A stretch of DNA of 64,000 nt from Candidatus Poribacteria bacterium. GTDB taxonomy: Bacteria > Poribacteria > WGA-4E > PCPOR2b. The notes under the pieces are model-generated. The model saw only the letters and a list, made by a program, of their open reading frames with translations, did not search any database and had not been told where the DNA came from. The position numbers and the translations under genes are program-made. Shown piece by piece: positions 9,298 through 19,818 of this stretch. The stretch spans positions 3,151,720 to 3,215,719 of the forward strand of contig OZ245030.1 of NCBI GenBank assembly GCA_965223985.1. Direction: 5' to 3'. Positions within the stretch are counted from its first letter, which is position 1; each line of letters begins with the position of its first letter.

Positions 9298-10239
9298 TCA
9301 GCGGCTAATCGATAAAGCCGCCTGTTCCCCGGCGTGGTAAGAGCTTCGCACCAGCGGGCCCGACTCAACATGGCGGTATCCCATGTCCATTCCCGCCGCC
9401 TTAAACGCATTGAATTCCTCCGGGGTGTAATACCGTTTAATCGGAAGGTGTCGTGTGGTTGGTGCTAGGTACTGTCCAATGGTCAAGATGTCACAATTGG
9501 CGTGGCGAATATTCTGCATGGTTTGCAATAACTCGGTATCGGTTTCGCCCAAGCCAACCATCAATCCTGATTTGGTGAGGATTGTTTTATCAACCTCTTT
9601 GCTGATGCGCAAGAGGTCTAAGGAGCGTTGATAGTCAGCCTGGGGACGCGCTCGGCGATAGAGGCGCGGTACCGTTTCAGTGTTATGATTGAGCACATCG
9701 GGTTTCGCCTGCACGATTACGGCTAATGCGTCCCAATTGCCTTCGAGGTCTGGGATAAGCACTTCAACGGTGCAATCGGGGTTATTGGCGCGCGCCTCTC
9801 GGATGCAAGCGGCGAAGATACTGGCACCTCCGTCCTCCTGATCGTCACGGTTGACTGAGGTGATGACGACATGCTTAAGTTTCAGATACGCGACTGCCTC
9901 CCCAATCCGGCGGGGTTCATCAAGGTCTACTCCCGTCGGTTTCCCTTTGGTGACCGCGCAAAACATACAGCGACGGGTGCAGACATCCCCCAAAATCATG
10001 AAGGTTGCAGTTCGATTTTCCCAGCATTCACCGATATTTGGACACCGTGCTTCCTCGCACACTGAGTGGAGCTCTAGGCCGCTCATCATCGCCTTGAGAT
10101 CTGCATAGTTTGGTCCCGCTGGAATCCGTGCTCGAATCCAAGGTGGATGGCGCTGTTTGGACGAGTACCGGACGGACGATTTACCTGTCGCACATGCCGA
10201 TTCATCGTCGCTTTCATATAAAGGAAGGGATTGAATCAT
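9298..10239 (-). CDS. lipA: Lipoyl synthase
   Basis: CEEARCPNIGECW plus the radical-SAM motif CTRRCMFCAV and the conserved C-terminal VESGPLVRSSYHA. Confidence 0.9.
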   Translation of the reverse strand: MIQSLPLYESDDESACATGKSSVRYSSKQRHPPWIRARIPAGPNYADLKAMMSGLELHSVCEEARCPNIGECWENRTATFMILGDVCTRRCMFCAVTKGKPTGVDLDEPRRIGEAVAYLKLKHVVITSVNRDDQEDGGASIFAACIREARANNPDCTVEVLIPDLEGNWDALAVIVQAKPDVLNHNTETVPRLYRRARPQADYQRSLDLLRISKEVDKTILTKSGLMVGLGETDTELLQTMQNIRHANCDILTIGQYLAPTTRHLPIKRYYTPEEFNAFKAAGMDMGYRHVESGPLVRSSYHAGEQAALSISR

Positions 10240-10448
10240 TCTGCATCAACCTCAATTATTTGTTGGGATACGTTATTCTAAGGCTTCCAATTGACGCAAG
10301 GAAAATCAGGAAACGCCCATCTAACCTCTGCGCAGCACCCCTTATTACTCCCCTTTACTGAGGTGGAGAGTCCTCGTATGGCGGGGAGGAGGGGCGCTGA
10401 CTGAAATTAAGGGAAAAGGCACCATCGACGCAAGTTGCAGTTTAACGA

Positions 10449-11417
10449 CTATCGTCGGCTTTGTATCCCACTTTTCTTGAGATACCTGAAGAGATCGCTA
10501 TCGGTCGACAAGAAGAGCGTGGTGTTCTCAGTAGTTGTTGTGCGGTAGGTATCCAAGGTCTGGAGAAATGCATAAAACTCAGAATCTCTGCCGTGTGCCT
10601 GCGCATAAATTTGTATGGCTTCGGCATCGGCGTTTCCTTTAAGCTCTTCAGCCTTCTTATAGGCTTCAGACTGAATGCGCTCCAGTTCTTTCTGTTTTTG
10701 ACCGTTGATATTCGCGGCTTCTCCTTCGCCTTCCGATCGATACTTTGCGGCGATTCGCTTCCGTTCGGAAATCATGCGGCCAAAGACTTTCTCTTGGACT
10801 TCCTTTACATAGTTAATCCGCTTAATCCGCACATCAATGAGTTCGATGCCGAATTTATCGGGTAAGCCCTGCTGCGCTTTCTCAAGGATCATTTGCGCAA
10901 CTTTTTCCCTTCCAACCACAATTGACTCTAGAGGTTCAGCAGTACCACCGCCCTCTTCTGCGTCCTGTTCTTCAAGATCCATTTCGATGACACGATTCGA
11001 ATCGCGCACAACTTCAATTAACAGTTGCCCCGTCACCAAATCACGGGCAGCCGAATCGATAATGTCGTCCAGACGGGATTGAGCGGAGTCTTCTGTGCCG
11101 AGGGCTTGGTAAAATGCGAGCGCATCATTGATGCGCCACCGCGCTGTGGTATCCAGCCTGATGAATCTTTTGTCCTTGGTCGTGATCTGGTTCGGTGAGC
11201 CGTCCCATTTGAGGATACGTCTCTGGAAACGGTGGACTTCCTGAATGAATGGGGTTTTCATTTTTAGACCAGCGCGGAAAATGGGTTCACCAATCGGACG
11301 ACCGAATTCAGTAATCACTGCCTGTTCACCTTCTTGGACAATATAGAACATTGATGGGGCGACTACAATTGCAATTACAGCGACTATGATTAGCGGTATC
11401 AAAAGTTTTACATTCAT
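10449..11417 (-). CDS. hflC: HflC (SPFH/band-7 protease modulator)
   Basis: N-terminal TM, SPFH domain (FYIVQEGEQAVITEFGRP...) and coiled-coil C-terminus. It lies immediately downstream of hflK on the same strand. Confidence 0.8.
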   Translation of the reverse strand: MNVKLLIPLIIVAVIAIVVAPSMFYIVQEGEQAVITEFGRPIGEPIFRAGLKMKTPFIQEVHRFQRRILKWDGSPNQITTKDKRFIRLDTTARWRINDALAFYQALGTEDSAQSRLDDIIDSAARDLVTGQLLIEVVRDSNRVIEMDLEEQDAEEGGGTAEPLESIVVGREKVAQMILEKAQQGLPDKFGIELIDVRIKRINYVKEVQEKVFGRMISERKRIAAKYRSEGEGEAANINGQKQKELERIQSEAYKKAEELKGNADAEAIQIYAQAHGRDSEFYAFLQTLDTYRTTTTENTTLFLSTDSDLFRYLKKSGIQSRR

Positions 11418-11500
11418 TGTGAAATTCCTTTCGTGAATTGTGTCGTGTGGCTGAGAATCAAATCGTGAAGATTATTGCGAATTTCAATCTTCTGATTTTC

Positions 11501-12475
11501 TCATTTCCCTGATTGTCCCAGTTGCAGAATGGGAATGGGGCTGTTCGTTTCATCATCAATGATATAAATCTCTTTGACTTTCGGCAGAATCTCGCTCATC
11601 GTTTCGAGGTAGAGTCTGCGTCGGGTCACATTTTTAGCACTTTGATATTCCTGTCGAATCGAGTTGAATCGATCCGCGTCCCCTGTTGCCTCATTCACAC
11701 GTTTCAGGGCATAACCCTCTGCCTCGGAAATCTGTTGTCGTGCGAGCCCGTTGGCTCTGGGAACGGATTCGTTGTAATCACGCAAGGCTTCGTTAATCAA
11801 CCGCTCCTTCTCTTGCTTCGCCTCATTGACTTCATTAAAAGCGGGTTTCACGGTTTCCGGCGGATTCACATCTTGCAAGGTGACGTTTTCAATGTATAAA
11901 CCGGTTTTGTAAAGGTCCAACAACTCTTGTAGATTTTTTTTGACGCCCATTGCGATCTCTTGGCGTCCGACGGTAAGCACCTCTGTGACAGTGCGGTCAC
12001 CGACAACAATGCTCATAACAGCTTCAGAGAGATCGCGCAAGGCTTGTTTCGCGTCACGGATTTCAAACAGGAATTTTTGGGGTTCAGCAATTCGATATTG
12101 AACCACCCATTCGACATCGGCAATATTGAGATCACCCGTTAACAGAACAGATTCGTGCGAATAATCTCGGGAATCATATTGAGTTCGGACGCCTGCTCGA
12201 AGCGTACGAAACCCGAATTCCTCTTTGAAAACTTTCCGCACCCGGACACCGGTTGCTTTTTCAATTCCGAACGGCGCCTTGAAGTGCAGTCCCGGCGGGA
12301 CAGATCTGACGTACTCTCCAAACCGGAGCACGACACCTTCCTCATCGGCTTCAACGGTGTAGAAACTCGTTGCGGCTGCAACGACGGCGATCAAAATAAG
12401 AACGAGCCAAAAAACACGTTTAGCGGTGATGAGCCGCATATACGGCTGCAAATCATCCCACGATTGCTGTTGCAT
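11501..12475 (-). CDS. hflK: HflK (SPFH/band-7 protease modulator)
   Basis: TM segment then SPFH domain (VVLRFGEYVRSVPPGLHFKAPFGIEK...). Sits in the canonical hflK-hflC arrangement. Confidence 0.8.
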   Translation of the reverse strand: MQQQSWDDLQPYMRLITAKRVFWLVLILIAVVAAATSFYTVEADEEGVVLRFGEYVRSVPPGLHFKAPFGIEKATGVRVRKVFKEEFGFRTLRAGVRTQYDSRDYSHESVLLTGDLNIADVEWVVQYRIAEPQKFLFEIRDAKQALRDLSEAVMSIVVGDRTVTEVLTVGRQEIAMGVKKNLQELLDLYKTGLYIENVTLQDVNPPETVKPAFNEVNEAKQEKERLINEALRDYNESVPRANGLARQQISEAEGYALKRVNEATGDADRFNSIRQEYQSAKNVTRRRLYLETMSEILPKVKEIYIIDDETNSPIPILQLGQSGK

Positions 12476-12536
12476 TGAACTTACTCCTTTCGGTGAACCG
12501 AATAAGAACTTCGGTAAAGTGTGGGGTTAATTGTGA

Positions 12537-14879
12537 CTAAAGCAAAAACAGCGAAATTCCGATATTTGTTCGTTTTTCCGAGCCGCCGACGGGTTCAAGA
12601 AAGCTTTGAATTGCGTAGTCGGAAGCGATTAAGAGCCCCATCTTCTGTCCGAAGACATCTCCCTGCAGCACAAGCTCCAAGAATCCGACGGTGCGGTTAA
12701 AATTATTCTGAGAATCGTTGAGGTCGCGCCACGTGAGAAACTGCGCACCGGCGCTTAATTGCAATTGTGCCGCAACTTGATGGGTTAAGGTCAAGATGTA
12801 GGCATTTCGGATGAAATCGACCGTCGATAGTTTGTCAAACGGGACGGTGTAACTAATTGTCCGGTCGCTCCGGAAAGCGGGTGCGACCGTGAGATCGTCG
12901 CGCACTTTATAGTCGTATCGAATCTGGTTAATCAAGGCGGTATCAATAACGTGCTGCCGACTGTGAAACAGCGCGTCACGCTGATATTTGAATTTACTGA
13001 CGATTGTGAGATTTTCGATGTTCTGGTAATCCACAATCATCGTGAAGATATTGCTCAGATAATTTTGGAGCGCCAAATTGTCCTCAATCTGCTCGCCTGT
13101 GCTGCGAATGACAACGTCATCGGTAATAATGTCGCGCGAGCGACGAAGCGTATGTCGGAACTTGACCGTTCCGAAGTGACGAATCCGATTCGGCGTGTAT
13201 GCAACTATATTATACCATCCTCTTGCACTCTTATGTTCGAGAATCAGATGTTTCGCATAATATCCGGGGATAACAGATAAACTTTCGGTGAATGGCAGAT
13301 CTACCTTAAAATAGGTGTGATGTCCGTAAGAGCCTCTGTCATAATCGTAGCGGTAGTTGGGTTTGTCGTCGTCTTCGAGATTATCCGGCTCGCCGTTGTT
13401 ATTAAAATCGATGGATTCACGATTGAGCCCTAAGCGGAATCTCGGCGGGTCTGCAAAGAAGAGCAGAAAATCGTCATCCCAATCTTTAATGCGATCGCCG
13501 TCGAGATCGTCCTTTGTATTTCCTGAAATCAATATCTCAGGTTCGCGCGAATCTGCGAATGGGTTATCATCGTCGTTGTCGTCCACGAAGTTATCCGCCG
13601 TATAAAAGGGATTAATCCGTGTATATTCGCTGCGCCAAGTCAGTGGCCCAAAGTTTCGATTGACATCAATGAACCATGCGCCGGCTGTTCGCTGTGTGCT
13701 TTGCCCACTCAGAATCGGATACTGCTTCGTCTGTGAATACCATGCACGCTCCGCCTCAATGGAGAAACCGAACAGTGTTGTGTGGAGATCGAAACCCATT
13801 GTCGTTTCATCTGTCAATACCCCGTAGTAAAATCTGTGTACCTGACGGTTCGATTCGTCTTTGACGTTGCCTGGGGCGCTGAGTTCCAATTGAAAGTCGC
13901 GATTGTTCGGTGACAATTCAACGCGATAGTCGTTGGCAATATCGACCTCAAAGCGCACGTTGTTGATGTCCTGTGAGTTGAACAGGAGAAATCGATACGT
14001 GAATGTCCCTTCGCCATCCGCCCTGCGTGACTCATGATCCCGCCGGCTCTTATGAGGTAGGAGCAGAACGCCCGGCGGCTCTCGCCCGCCGACAATCTCA
14101 TGCTCTAGGGCGCCGTCAATGTAGACGCGCACATGGAAAACTTTCGCGCCGCCGGGGTTTTCGGGCGAAGCGTCACTGAAACGGAGAAACAGCTCCGGCG
14201 GCGGATTAGCGATGGTGACCCCTCGAAACGGGTTGGTTGTACGAGTGAGGTCGTAGTTGGTAAAAAACCGATTGACATAGTTGATTCCGAGGCGAGGCAG
14301 AGGTAACGTAAATTCTGGCAACGTCCCCAGTCGGACGCCATGCGCCCCGAGATTCGCCTCCGCTCGGAACCCTGCCATGAACCAATCGGCGGTACTCGTA
14401 ATATCAATGTTTTCGATTGGTGAGGTGCGCTCTCCCAATATCTCAAAGGTGTTGTTGGTCACCCGTCCGATAAACGCTGAAACTCCTCCGTGTGCTTTAG
14501 GAATGGATATATTCCAGCGTGCGGCGTCGAACAGTTCCTTATTCAACGTAAAGCTGGAAAATTTTGTCGGAAAATTGCCGACAGTCAACTGATGACGGAC
14601 GTTCTCGCTGGGGATGTTGAAAGTGAAAAAGTTTCGATTGCTTGTCTTTTTCCGAAATTCCGAATCACGGCGCAGCGTCGAATCGCCTCCTAATACGCCA
14701 AAGGTTGCCTGAATTCTATAGAGCTCTTTTCCGCTCTTATCAAAGACGGGATTGCCCAGCGGATCCACCCGTTGCGCAAGCGCCGAACCCAGAAAGCGGT
14801 CAGAGATTAACAGGTACAAAATCATCAGGTGTAATGCGCAATGGATTAAGCGTGAAGCGTGAAGCGTGAATGCTCTCAT
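12537..14879 (-). CDS. Hypothetical large outer-membrane/secreted protein (about 780 aa) with an acidic Asp-rich segment
   Basis: ATG at 14879 lies 14 nt after an AAGGAG RBS. Signal-like N-terminus MRAFTLHASRLIHCALHLMILYLLISDRFLGSALAQ. Asp-rich calcium-binding-like region (DDNDDDNPFAD...DDLDGDRIKDWDDD). Last gene of the T9SS-cargo / PorV-like cluster. Confidence 0.5.
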   Translation of the reverse strand: MRAFTLHASRLIHCALHLMILYLLISDRFLGSALAQRVDPLGNPVFDKSGKELYRIQATFGVLGGDSTLRRDSEFRKKTSNRNFFTFNIPSENVRHQLTVGNFPTKFSSFTLNKELFDAARWNISIPKAHGGVSAFIGRVTNNTFEILGERTSPIENIDITSTADWFMAGFRAEANLGAHGVRLGTLPEFTLPLPRLGINYVNRFFTNYDLTRTTNPFRGVTIANPPPELFLRFSDASPENPGGAKVFHVRVYIDGALEHEIVGGREPPGVLLLPHKSRRDHESRRADGEGTFTYRFLLFNSQDINNVRFEVDIANDYRVELSPNNRDFQLELSAPGNVKDESNRQVHRFYYGVLTDETTMGFDLHTTLFGFSIEAERAWYSQTKQYPILSGQSTQRTAGAWFIDVNRNFGPLTWRSEYTRINPFYTADNFVDDNDDDNPFADSREPEILISGNTKDDLDGDRIKDWDDDFLLFFADPPRFRLGLNRESIDFNNNGEPDNLEDDDKPNYRYDYDRGSYGHHTYFKVDLPFTESLSVIPGYYAKHLILEHKSARGWYNIVAYTPNRIRHFGTVKFRHTLRRSRDIITDDVVIRSTGEQIEDNLALQNYLSNIFTMIVDYQNIENLTIVSKFKYQRDALFHSRQHVIDTALINQIRYDYKVRDDLTVAPAFRSDRTISYTVPFDKLSTVDFIRNAYILTLTHQVAAQLQLSAGAQFLTWRDLNDSQNNFNRTVGFLELVLQGDVFGQKMGLLIASDYAIQSFLEPVGGSEKRTNIGISLFLL

Positions 14880-14948
14880 CCTTATTTTCCGCTCCTTCTT
14901 TATATGTCCCAACCACGCATTCCACCCGACGTCCACCGCTCGGTTATA

Positions 14949-15905
14949 TCATAAATCATACACGATGCTGACTCGATGGCTGCCGTAGGTGTCTACAATG
15001 CCACCGATCGGAAAAGCGGAGCCGTAATCCATTCGGACGCTATTGCTCAAGCGATATCCTCCGCCGAGTGTCAGATTTGTGCCCCATGCGAGATTTTCCA
15101 ACCGAAACCCGCCGCGCAGCAGTACCTTCCCATCATGAAATTGATGTTCAATCCCAATCTTGACATCAGTTTGGTTACCGATAAAAACGAGGTCCATCCC
15201 CCATGTAGACCGCTCCCCCAAAATGCCGATGCCGAGCGTCACCTGCAGCGGCAACTCCTCCGTTATCTTCGAGGATTTCGAAGCGATGTTGGGGGTATTG
15301 ATATTCTGGACCGACAGCGCGATCGGAATATTCGCAGACGGCCGAAAAACCACGCCAGCGTCTAGGCTAAACCGACTGGAACCTGGCAAGTCCTCTACAA
15401 TCCCACCGTCTGTCCCAATTGTGGGTGCTGTATCCCAATTCAGCAGCTTGAACCCCGTTCCGACTGACAAGCGGCGTTCCTCTTCAGTTCCAAATGCGAA
15501 CCCTTTGCTAAACCCAACGACCAAGTAATTCTCCGAATACAGTTGGCTGACGTTCAACCGCTTCCAGAGCAACCCGAGCGAGCTTCTGAGAGGACCTGGG
15601 TTGGTATAGCTAATCAGGTGCTGTGCGATTGAAGTCTCGTCGGTCAAGCCGAGGTGAAGTCTTGCCATTGTTGCGGACAACTGCCGCGGGGTCGAAAGAT
15701 TTGAGATTGACGCCGGATTAACGAGCAGACCGTCGGATTCATTCGCAATAGCTGCGAACGCGCCTCCCATAGCGTATGCACGTGCGCCTGCGAACTGATC
15801 GTCGAATGCCGCGTGCGTCCGAGGAGAAAAACTGACCGCCCCCAAGCCAAATAAGAAGAGTAGGAGTGTGAATGGGTGGGCTGGCGCGAAGGAGTCAGTC
15901 TTCAT
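14949..15905 (-). CDS. FadL-family outer-membrane beta-barrel protein, PorV/PorQ-like (T9SS-associated)
   Basis: Signal peptide, then the FadL/PorV N-terminal hatch motif GARAYAMGGAFAAIANESDGLLVNPA, then beta-rich alternating sequence. Its start overlaps the stop of the upstream CTD-cargo gene by 4 nt. Confidence 0.6.
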   Translation of the reverse strand: MKTDSFAPAHPFTLLLFLFGLGAVSFSPRTHAAFDDQFAGARAYAMGGAFAAIANESDGLLVNPASISNLSTPRQLSATMARLHLGLTDETSIAQHLISYTNPGPLRSSLGLLWKRLNVSQLYSENYLVVGFSKGFAFGTEEERRLSVGTGFKLLNWDTAPTIGTDGGIVEDLPGSSRFSLDAGVVFRPSANIPIALSVQNINTPNIASKSSKITEELPLQVTLGIGILGERSTWGMDLVFIGNQTDVKIGIEHQFHDGKVLLRGGFRLENLAWGTNLTLGGGYRLSNSVRMDYGSAFPIGGIVDTYGSHRVSIVYDL

Positions 15906-17833
15906 TTTCCCACCACGATCACTCCGTTTCGGACGTCAGTCTGGGCATCGGATTGGAGTTGAATCTGATAGATATACGGTCCAATATCTACAATCCGCCC
16001 CGATCCGTCCCGACCGTCCCATTCGACACTCATGGCGTTCGAATTCATGACGGTCCGATTCATCAACGTTCTCACCAGTCTGTTGTTGAGATTAAAGATT
16101 TCAACGATGAGTTCGGTCTGTCCGAGCTGTGAAGTGCCGGGGTTAATTATTGTGAGTCGTGTTACGTCTGCGATACCGTTTCCGTCGGGTGAAAACGGGT
16201 TAAAATTCCATGTCGTCTGAATTTTAGATGTAACACCTTGGAACAACGCAAATTGGGCAAAATAGTTGAGTTCTAGACTAACGGTCTGGCGATCTAGGTC
16301 GATATCTCCACCTGCTAATTGCCACTCCTTGGCGAGTACGTCCCATGCGAAAATTCTAAGGTCGGCTTCTCGGCGTATATTCGCCGCGAGCAGATCGGAC
16401 GCGGTGTAACTCAATTCTAGAAGCGCCGGACGCTCAAGCAGAAACCGATCAGCTGCGACAAGCGGCACAAGCTTTGAGTCGGAAGCGTCAAAAAATTCGA
16501 CCTCGTTGATTTGAATGTTATTTTCCTGTTTGCTCTCCGTAATTTCGAGTCGGACATACCGGGCAGACGGTTGAGAAGGCAGCTCGATCGCGGTGGTTTT
16601 ATCGTCAAATGGCGAATATTCAAAGAGCTCAATGAAGCTCGTGCCATCATTGGACGCGAGTATTTTCGCCCTTTGCGGTCCAAAAGAACCGTTCTCGGCG
16701 ACATTTGAATGGACGACAATCCGGCTCAGCGCGTGAACCTCGCCGAGATCGACAGTAAGCGCGATAGGAAACGGGACTAACCCTGCGACCCATGTCGAAG
16801 GGGAATCCAGAATGCCGTCAACTGCGAGCGTCGGCGGCTGATCGCGTAGGAAGCTAGTCGCCTCCGCCGCGAATATGCCCTGCCTCAGCGTTTCAAATCG
16901 GTACACGACAACGGGAGCTGTGCCTTCAACAATCTGCGCGTTCCCTGAATAGGACAGAGAATCCAACTGCTCCCGCGGAACTGAATAGAACTGTAGTTTT
17001 TTAATTTTCTCATCGAAGGCGTCAACCGGAACCACTACCGTCGCGCGATCGCCATCGCTCAAGGTGTAATATCCCGCATCGGCGGCATCCGGCCGCAATT
17101 CTGAAATATAAAACAGTGTAATTGACGCCCGATCCGCAGTTTCAAACCGAACCTCGTCTGGCGGCGAGAGTGCGCTGGCGAACAGCGAGAGTCGATTCTC
17201 TCCCGCCTTGAGCAGCACCTGAATCGAAAACGGCGCCCGATTCTGATCCGTGAGATCTAACAGGATTGAAATGGACTCGATGCGGGCTTGTATAATCCGA
17301 TCGTTTATATCTAGGAATTCAACGGATTCGACGGCAATTCTATCCAGTTGCCAGCCTTCAAGCATCACAATCTGAACGAACCGTGCAGAAACGTCTATTG
17401 AAAAATCAACCACAGTCTGATTGAAGATTTTATCTACGCTGGAGGGTACATTTAGGCGTTGCCCATCGGAGAAGTCCGCGCCATCGTGCGCGAAATCCAT
17501 CTGCACCGTTCTCGGTCCCAACGGGAACTCAAGGTCAGGGACGGCACGAATTAAAGCCGCTTTGAGCTGGTGTGAACTTCCTAGGTCAAGAACAATAGCG
17601 TGGAGGGAATGCGCCAACTGCCCCAAATCAGGAACACCGGCGGGCGTGTTGGTCGAGACTACAACTTTTGTTGGAAATGAGGATTCAACAATTCCCTCAA
17701 TCGGTAACACCTGATTGTTTGTTGTAAAATCTGTCCGTGGACGTACAATCGACAGGTCAATTACGGCAAACAATCCCTTGGGGCTAATAACGAAAAACGT
17801 GATGGCGAGCGATATTACGATACGGAATAGCAT
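15902..17833 (-). CDS. Secreted discoidin-domain protein with T9SS-type C-terminal sorting domain
   Basis: Signal peptide MLFRIVISLAITFFVISPKGLFA. F5/8-type C domain (...RIVVHSNVAENGSFGPQRAKILASNDGTSFIELFEY...RYVRLEI). The C-terminal ~90 aa match the FlgD-Ig-like T9SS CTD (NPFSPDGNG...IFNLNNRLVRTL...WDGRDGSGRIVDIGPYIYQIQ...VVGK). Confidence 0.75.
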   Translation of the reverse strand: MLFRIVISLAITFFVISPKGLFAVIDLSIVRPRTDFTTNNQVLPIEGIVESSFPTKVVVSTNTPAGVPDLGQLAHSLHAIVLDLGSSHQLKAALIRAVPDLEFPLGPRTVQMDFAHDGADFSDGQRLNVPSSVDKIFNQTVVDFSIDVSARFVQIVMLEGWQLDRIAVESVEFLDINDRIIQARIESISILLDLTDQNRAPFSIQVLLKAGENRLSLFASALSPPDEVRFETADRASITLFYISELRPDAADAGYYTLSDGDRATVVVPVDAFDEKIKKLQFYSVPREQLDSLSYSGNAQIVEGTAPVVVYRFETLRQGIFAAEATSFLRDQPPTLAVDGILDSPSTWVAGLVPFPIALTVDLGEVHALSRIVVHSNVAENGSFGPQRAKILASNDGTSFIELFEYSPFDDKTTAIELPSQPSARYVRLEITESKQENNIQINEVEFFDASDSKLVPLVAADRFLLERPALLELSYTASDLLAANIRREADLRIFAWDVLAKEWQLAGGDIDLDRQTVSLELNYFAQFALFQGVTSKIQTTWNFNPFSPDGNGIADVTRLTIINPGTSQLGQTELIVEIFNLNNRLVRTLMNRTVMNSNAMSVEWDGRDGSGRIVDIGPYIYQIQLQSDAQTDVRNGVIVVGK

Positions 17834-18012
17834 GGATCACCACGGTACTATTTAGGCAAAGCGGAGCGTCGATCCGAGATGGGGAAGTTTAGCACATGCG
17901 TGGTGAGTCTGCAAGCGAAATGACGGCTAGTTCCCTGATATTAACAGGTGCGATGCACGCCGTACCGAGATGCAATCCGTGAGTTGTAGGTTGGGAAACA
18001 CATTTAAGACGA

Positions 18013-18402
18013 TTAGTCGTGACTTGCGCGAACGACCGTCTTCAGTCCGCCGCGAATATTGAAATCCCCCTCAACTTCAATATGGCGCGGTTTGCAAGCA
18101 GCCACAAAATCGTCCATGACCTTGTTGACGAGATGCTCGTGAAAGATTCCCACGTCACGAAAAGAGAGAAAATACTCCTTTAAGGACTTGAGTTCAACGC
18201 AGCATTCGTCCGGAACATAGGTAATTCGGATGGACGCATAATCGGGAAGTCCAGTCTTTGGGCAGATTGCCGTAAATTCTAGGATTGTAATTTCAATAGT
18301 GTAATCTCTGTCGCCGTATTCGTTCTTCCAAGTTTCGATTTTCGGTGTTTCCATCTGCCGGATATGGCATTGTAATCCATCGTAGGCGGATCGATTGCCC
18401 AT
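18013..18402 (-). CDS. queF: NADPH-dependent 7-cyano-7-deazaguanine reductase
   Basis: Type I QueF: catalytic Cys in EFTAICPKTGLPDYA and the QueF motif ELKSLKEYFLSFRD. Start may be the internal ATG at 18354. Confidence 0.85.
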   Translation of the reverse strand: MGNRSAYDGLQCHIRQMETPKIETWKNEYGDRDYTIEITILEFTAICPKTGLPDYASIRITYVPDECCVELKSLKEYFLSFRDVGIFHEHLVNKVMDDFVAACKPRHIEVEGDFNIRGGLKTVVRASHD

Positions 18403-18540
18403 TTAGACATCCTTCAGAGCGGTTAACATTCGGTTCTAATTCGGGTGTTAAAGCGTGTGCAACCGCGGATACGTGTTCTGTACGGTTGTTCTTAGGGTTG
18501 TGAGAGAGCCCAAAATCCGACACTGTGGACGGGGCGTGAA

Positions 18541-19818
18541 TTAAAGCAGTTCTTTGAGGGATTTAGAATAGACTGGATGGCGGAATTTGCGGAGGACTTC
18601 TTCTTGAATCTGGCGGACACGCTCACGGCTAATTCCCAATTCTCGTCCAATTTCAGCCAGCGTATATTCTGTGCCGTCAGTCAAACCAAAGCGGAGCTGA
18701 ATCACAACTTTTTCACGCCAAGTTAATGTGTCGAGCACCTTATCTAGCGACTCTCTCGCAGTGACATTAAGCACCTCCCTCTCGGGAGTAACGCTTGATT
18801 CGTCTGCTATCGTATCGGAAACGGTTGTGTCATTTGAATCAAACATTGGCGAATCGAGTGAAACGGTCCCTCTGCCACTTTGCAGAATTTCGACGACACG
18901 ACTTTCCGCCATATCCATCGCCAGCGATATCTCTTTGATGGTGGGTTCGCGATCGAGTTCTTTGTTGAGTCGGGCTTGGGCATCGGCGATCGATTGTCGT
19001 ATGGTTCCAATATAACATGGCAGCCGAATGGTACGGCTTTGCTGAGCTAAGGCACGCTGAACCGCTTGCATAATCCACCAATAAGCGTAAGTGCTAAATT
19101 TGCACTTCTTTCGAAGGTCGAACTTTTCGACGGCTTTCATCAAACCGATATTGCCCTCCTGCATCAAATCCAGCTGGGAGATTGACGCGGTGAAAGCGCG
19201 GTACTGCATCACCACGCTGGCAACGAGCAGCAGGTTTGCGCGTAAAATCTTCTCTCGTACGGTCGTCATCTCGTTGACCGCAGCGGTCAACTGATTCCAG
19301 ATCGTTTCCAAATCGTCTCGTTCGCCGGGGATTTCTTCGGTGTGCCCGTTCCGATACGCGGTAATCTCAGTCGAGATTAGCTCCAAGATTCCGCCAATCT
19401 CCATCGGCGTCCACCACCGGCGTACGAACTTCGATTTTGACTTCCGTCTACTCTGCGCTTGAGATTTGACGCATTCCAGTACCGAAGGCGGGAGTTTGTT
19501 GAATAGTTCTTCAACCCGCTGAGTATTGGCTGAAAACTGTTCAAAGAGTTGGGTTTCCTCGACGGGTGTGAGCAGGGGTGTTTTCGAAATTTGCCGCAGA
19601 TAAGGAGCCATACCATCCTCGACAGGGAAATCCGCATCAGCACTGGATCTAGCGGCGGGGATGAAACCCTCATCCTCGGCAAGAGGCAGTTGCTCTCCTT
19701 TATCTTCGCTGAATTCCTTAGTGGGTTCCCTTTGCAACGCTGCTTCGTCCGGATCTTCAACGTCACCTGTGAACTCGCCTTGAACCAAGTGATTTAGGAA
19801 TTGAAATCCATCGCTCAC
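18541..19818 (-). CDS. RNA polymerase sigma-70 family factor with an extended acidic N-terminus
   Basis: Region 2 [40 protein letters not shown] and region 4 TLAEIGRELGISRERVRQIQEEVLRKFRHP. This is the second sigma-70 paralog in the window. Confidence 0.8.
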   Translation of the reverse strand: MSDGFQFLNHLVQGEFTGDVEDPDEAALQREPTKEFSEDKGEQLPLAEDEGFIPAARSSADADFPVEDGMAPYLRQISKTPLLTPVEETQLFEQFSANTQRVEELFNKLPPSVLECVKSQAQSRRKSKSKFVRRWWTPMEIGGILELISTEITAYRNGHTEEIPGERDDLETIWNQLTAAVNEMTTVREKILRANLLLVASVVMQYRAFTASISQLDLMQEGNIGLMKAVEKFDLRKKCKFSTYAYWWIMQAVQRALAQQSRTIRLPCYIGTIRQSIADAQARLNKELDREPTIKEISLAMDMAESRVVEILQSGRGTVSLDSPMFDSNDTTVSDTIADESSVTPEREVLNVTARESLDKVLDTLTWREKVVIQLRFGLTDGTEYTLAEIGRELGISRERVRQIQEEVLRKFRHPVYSKSLKELL

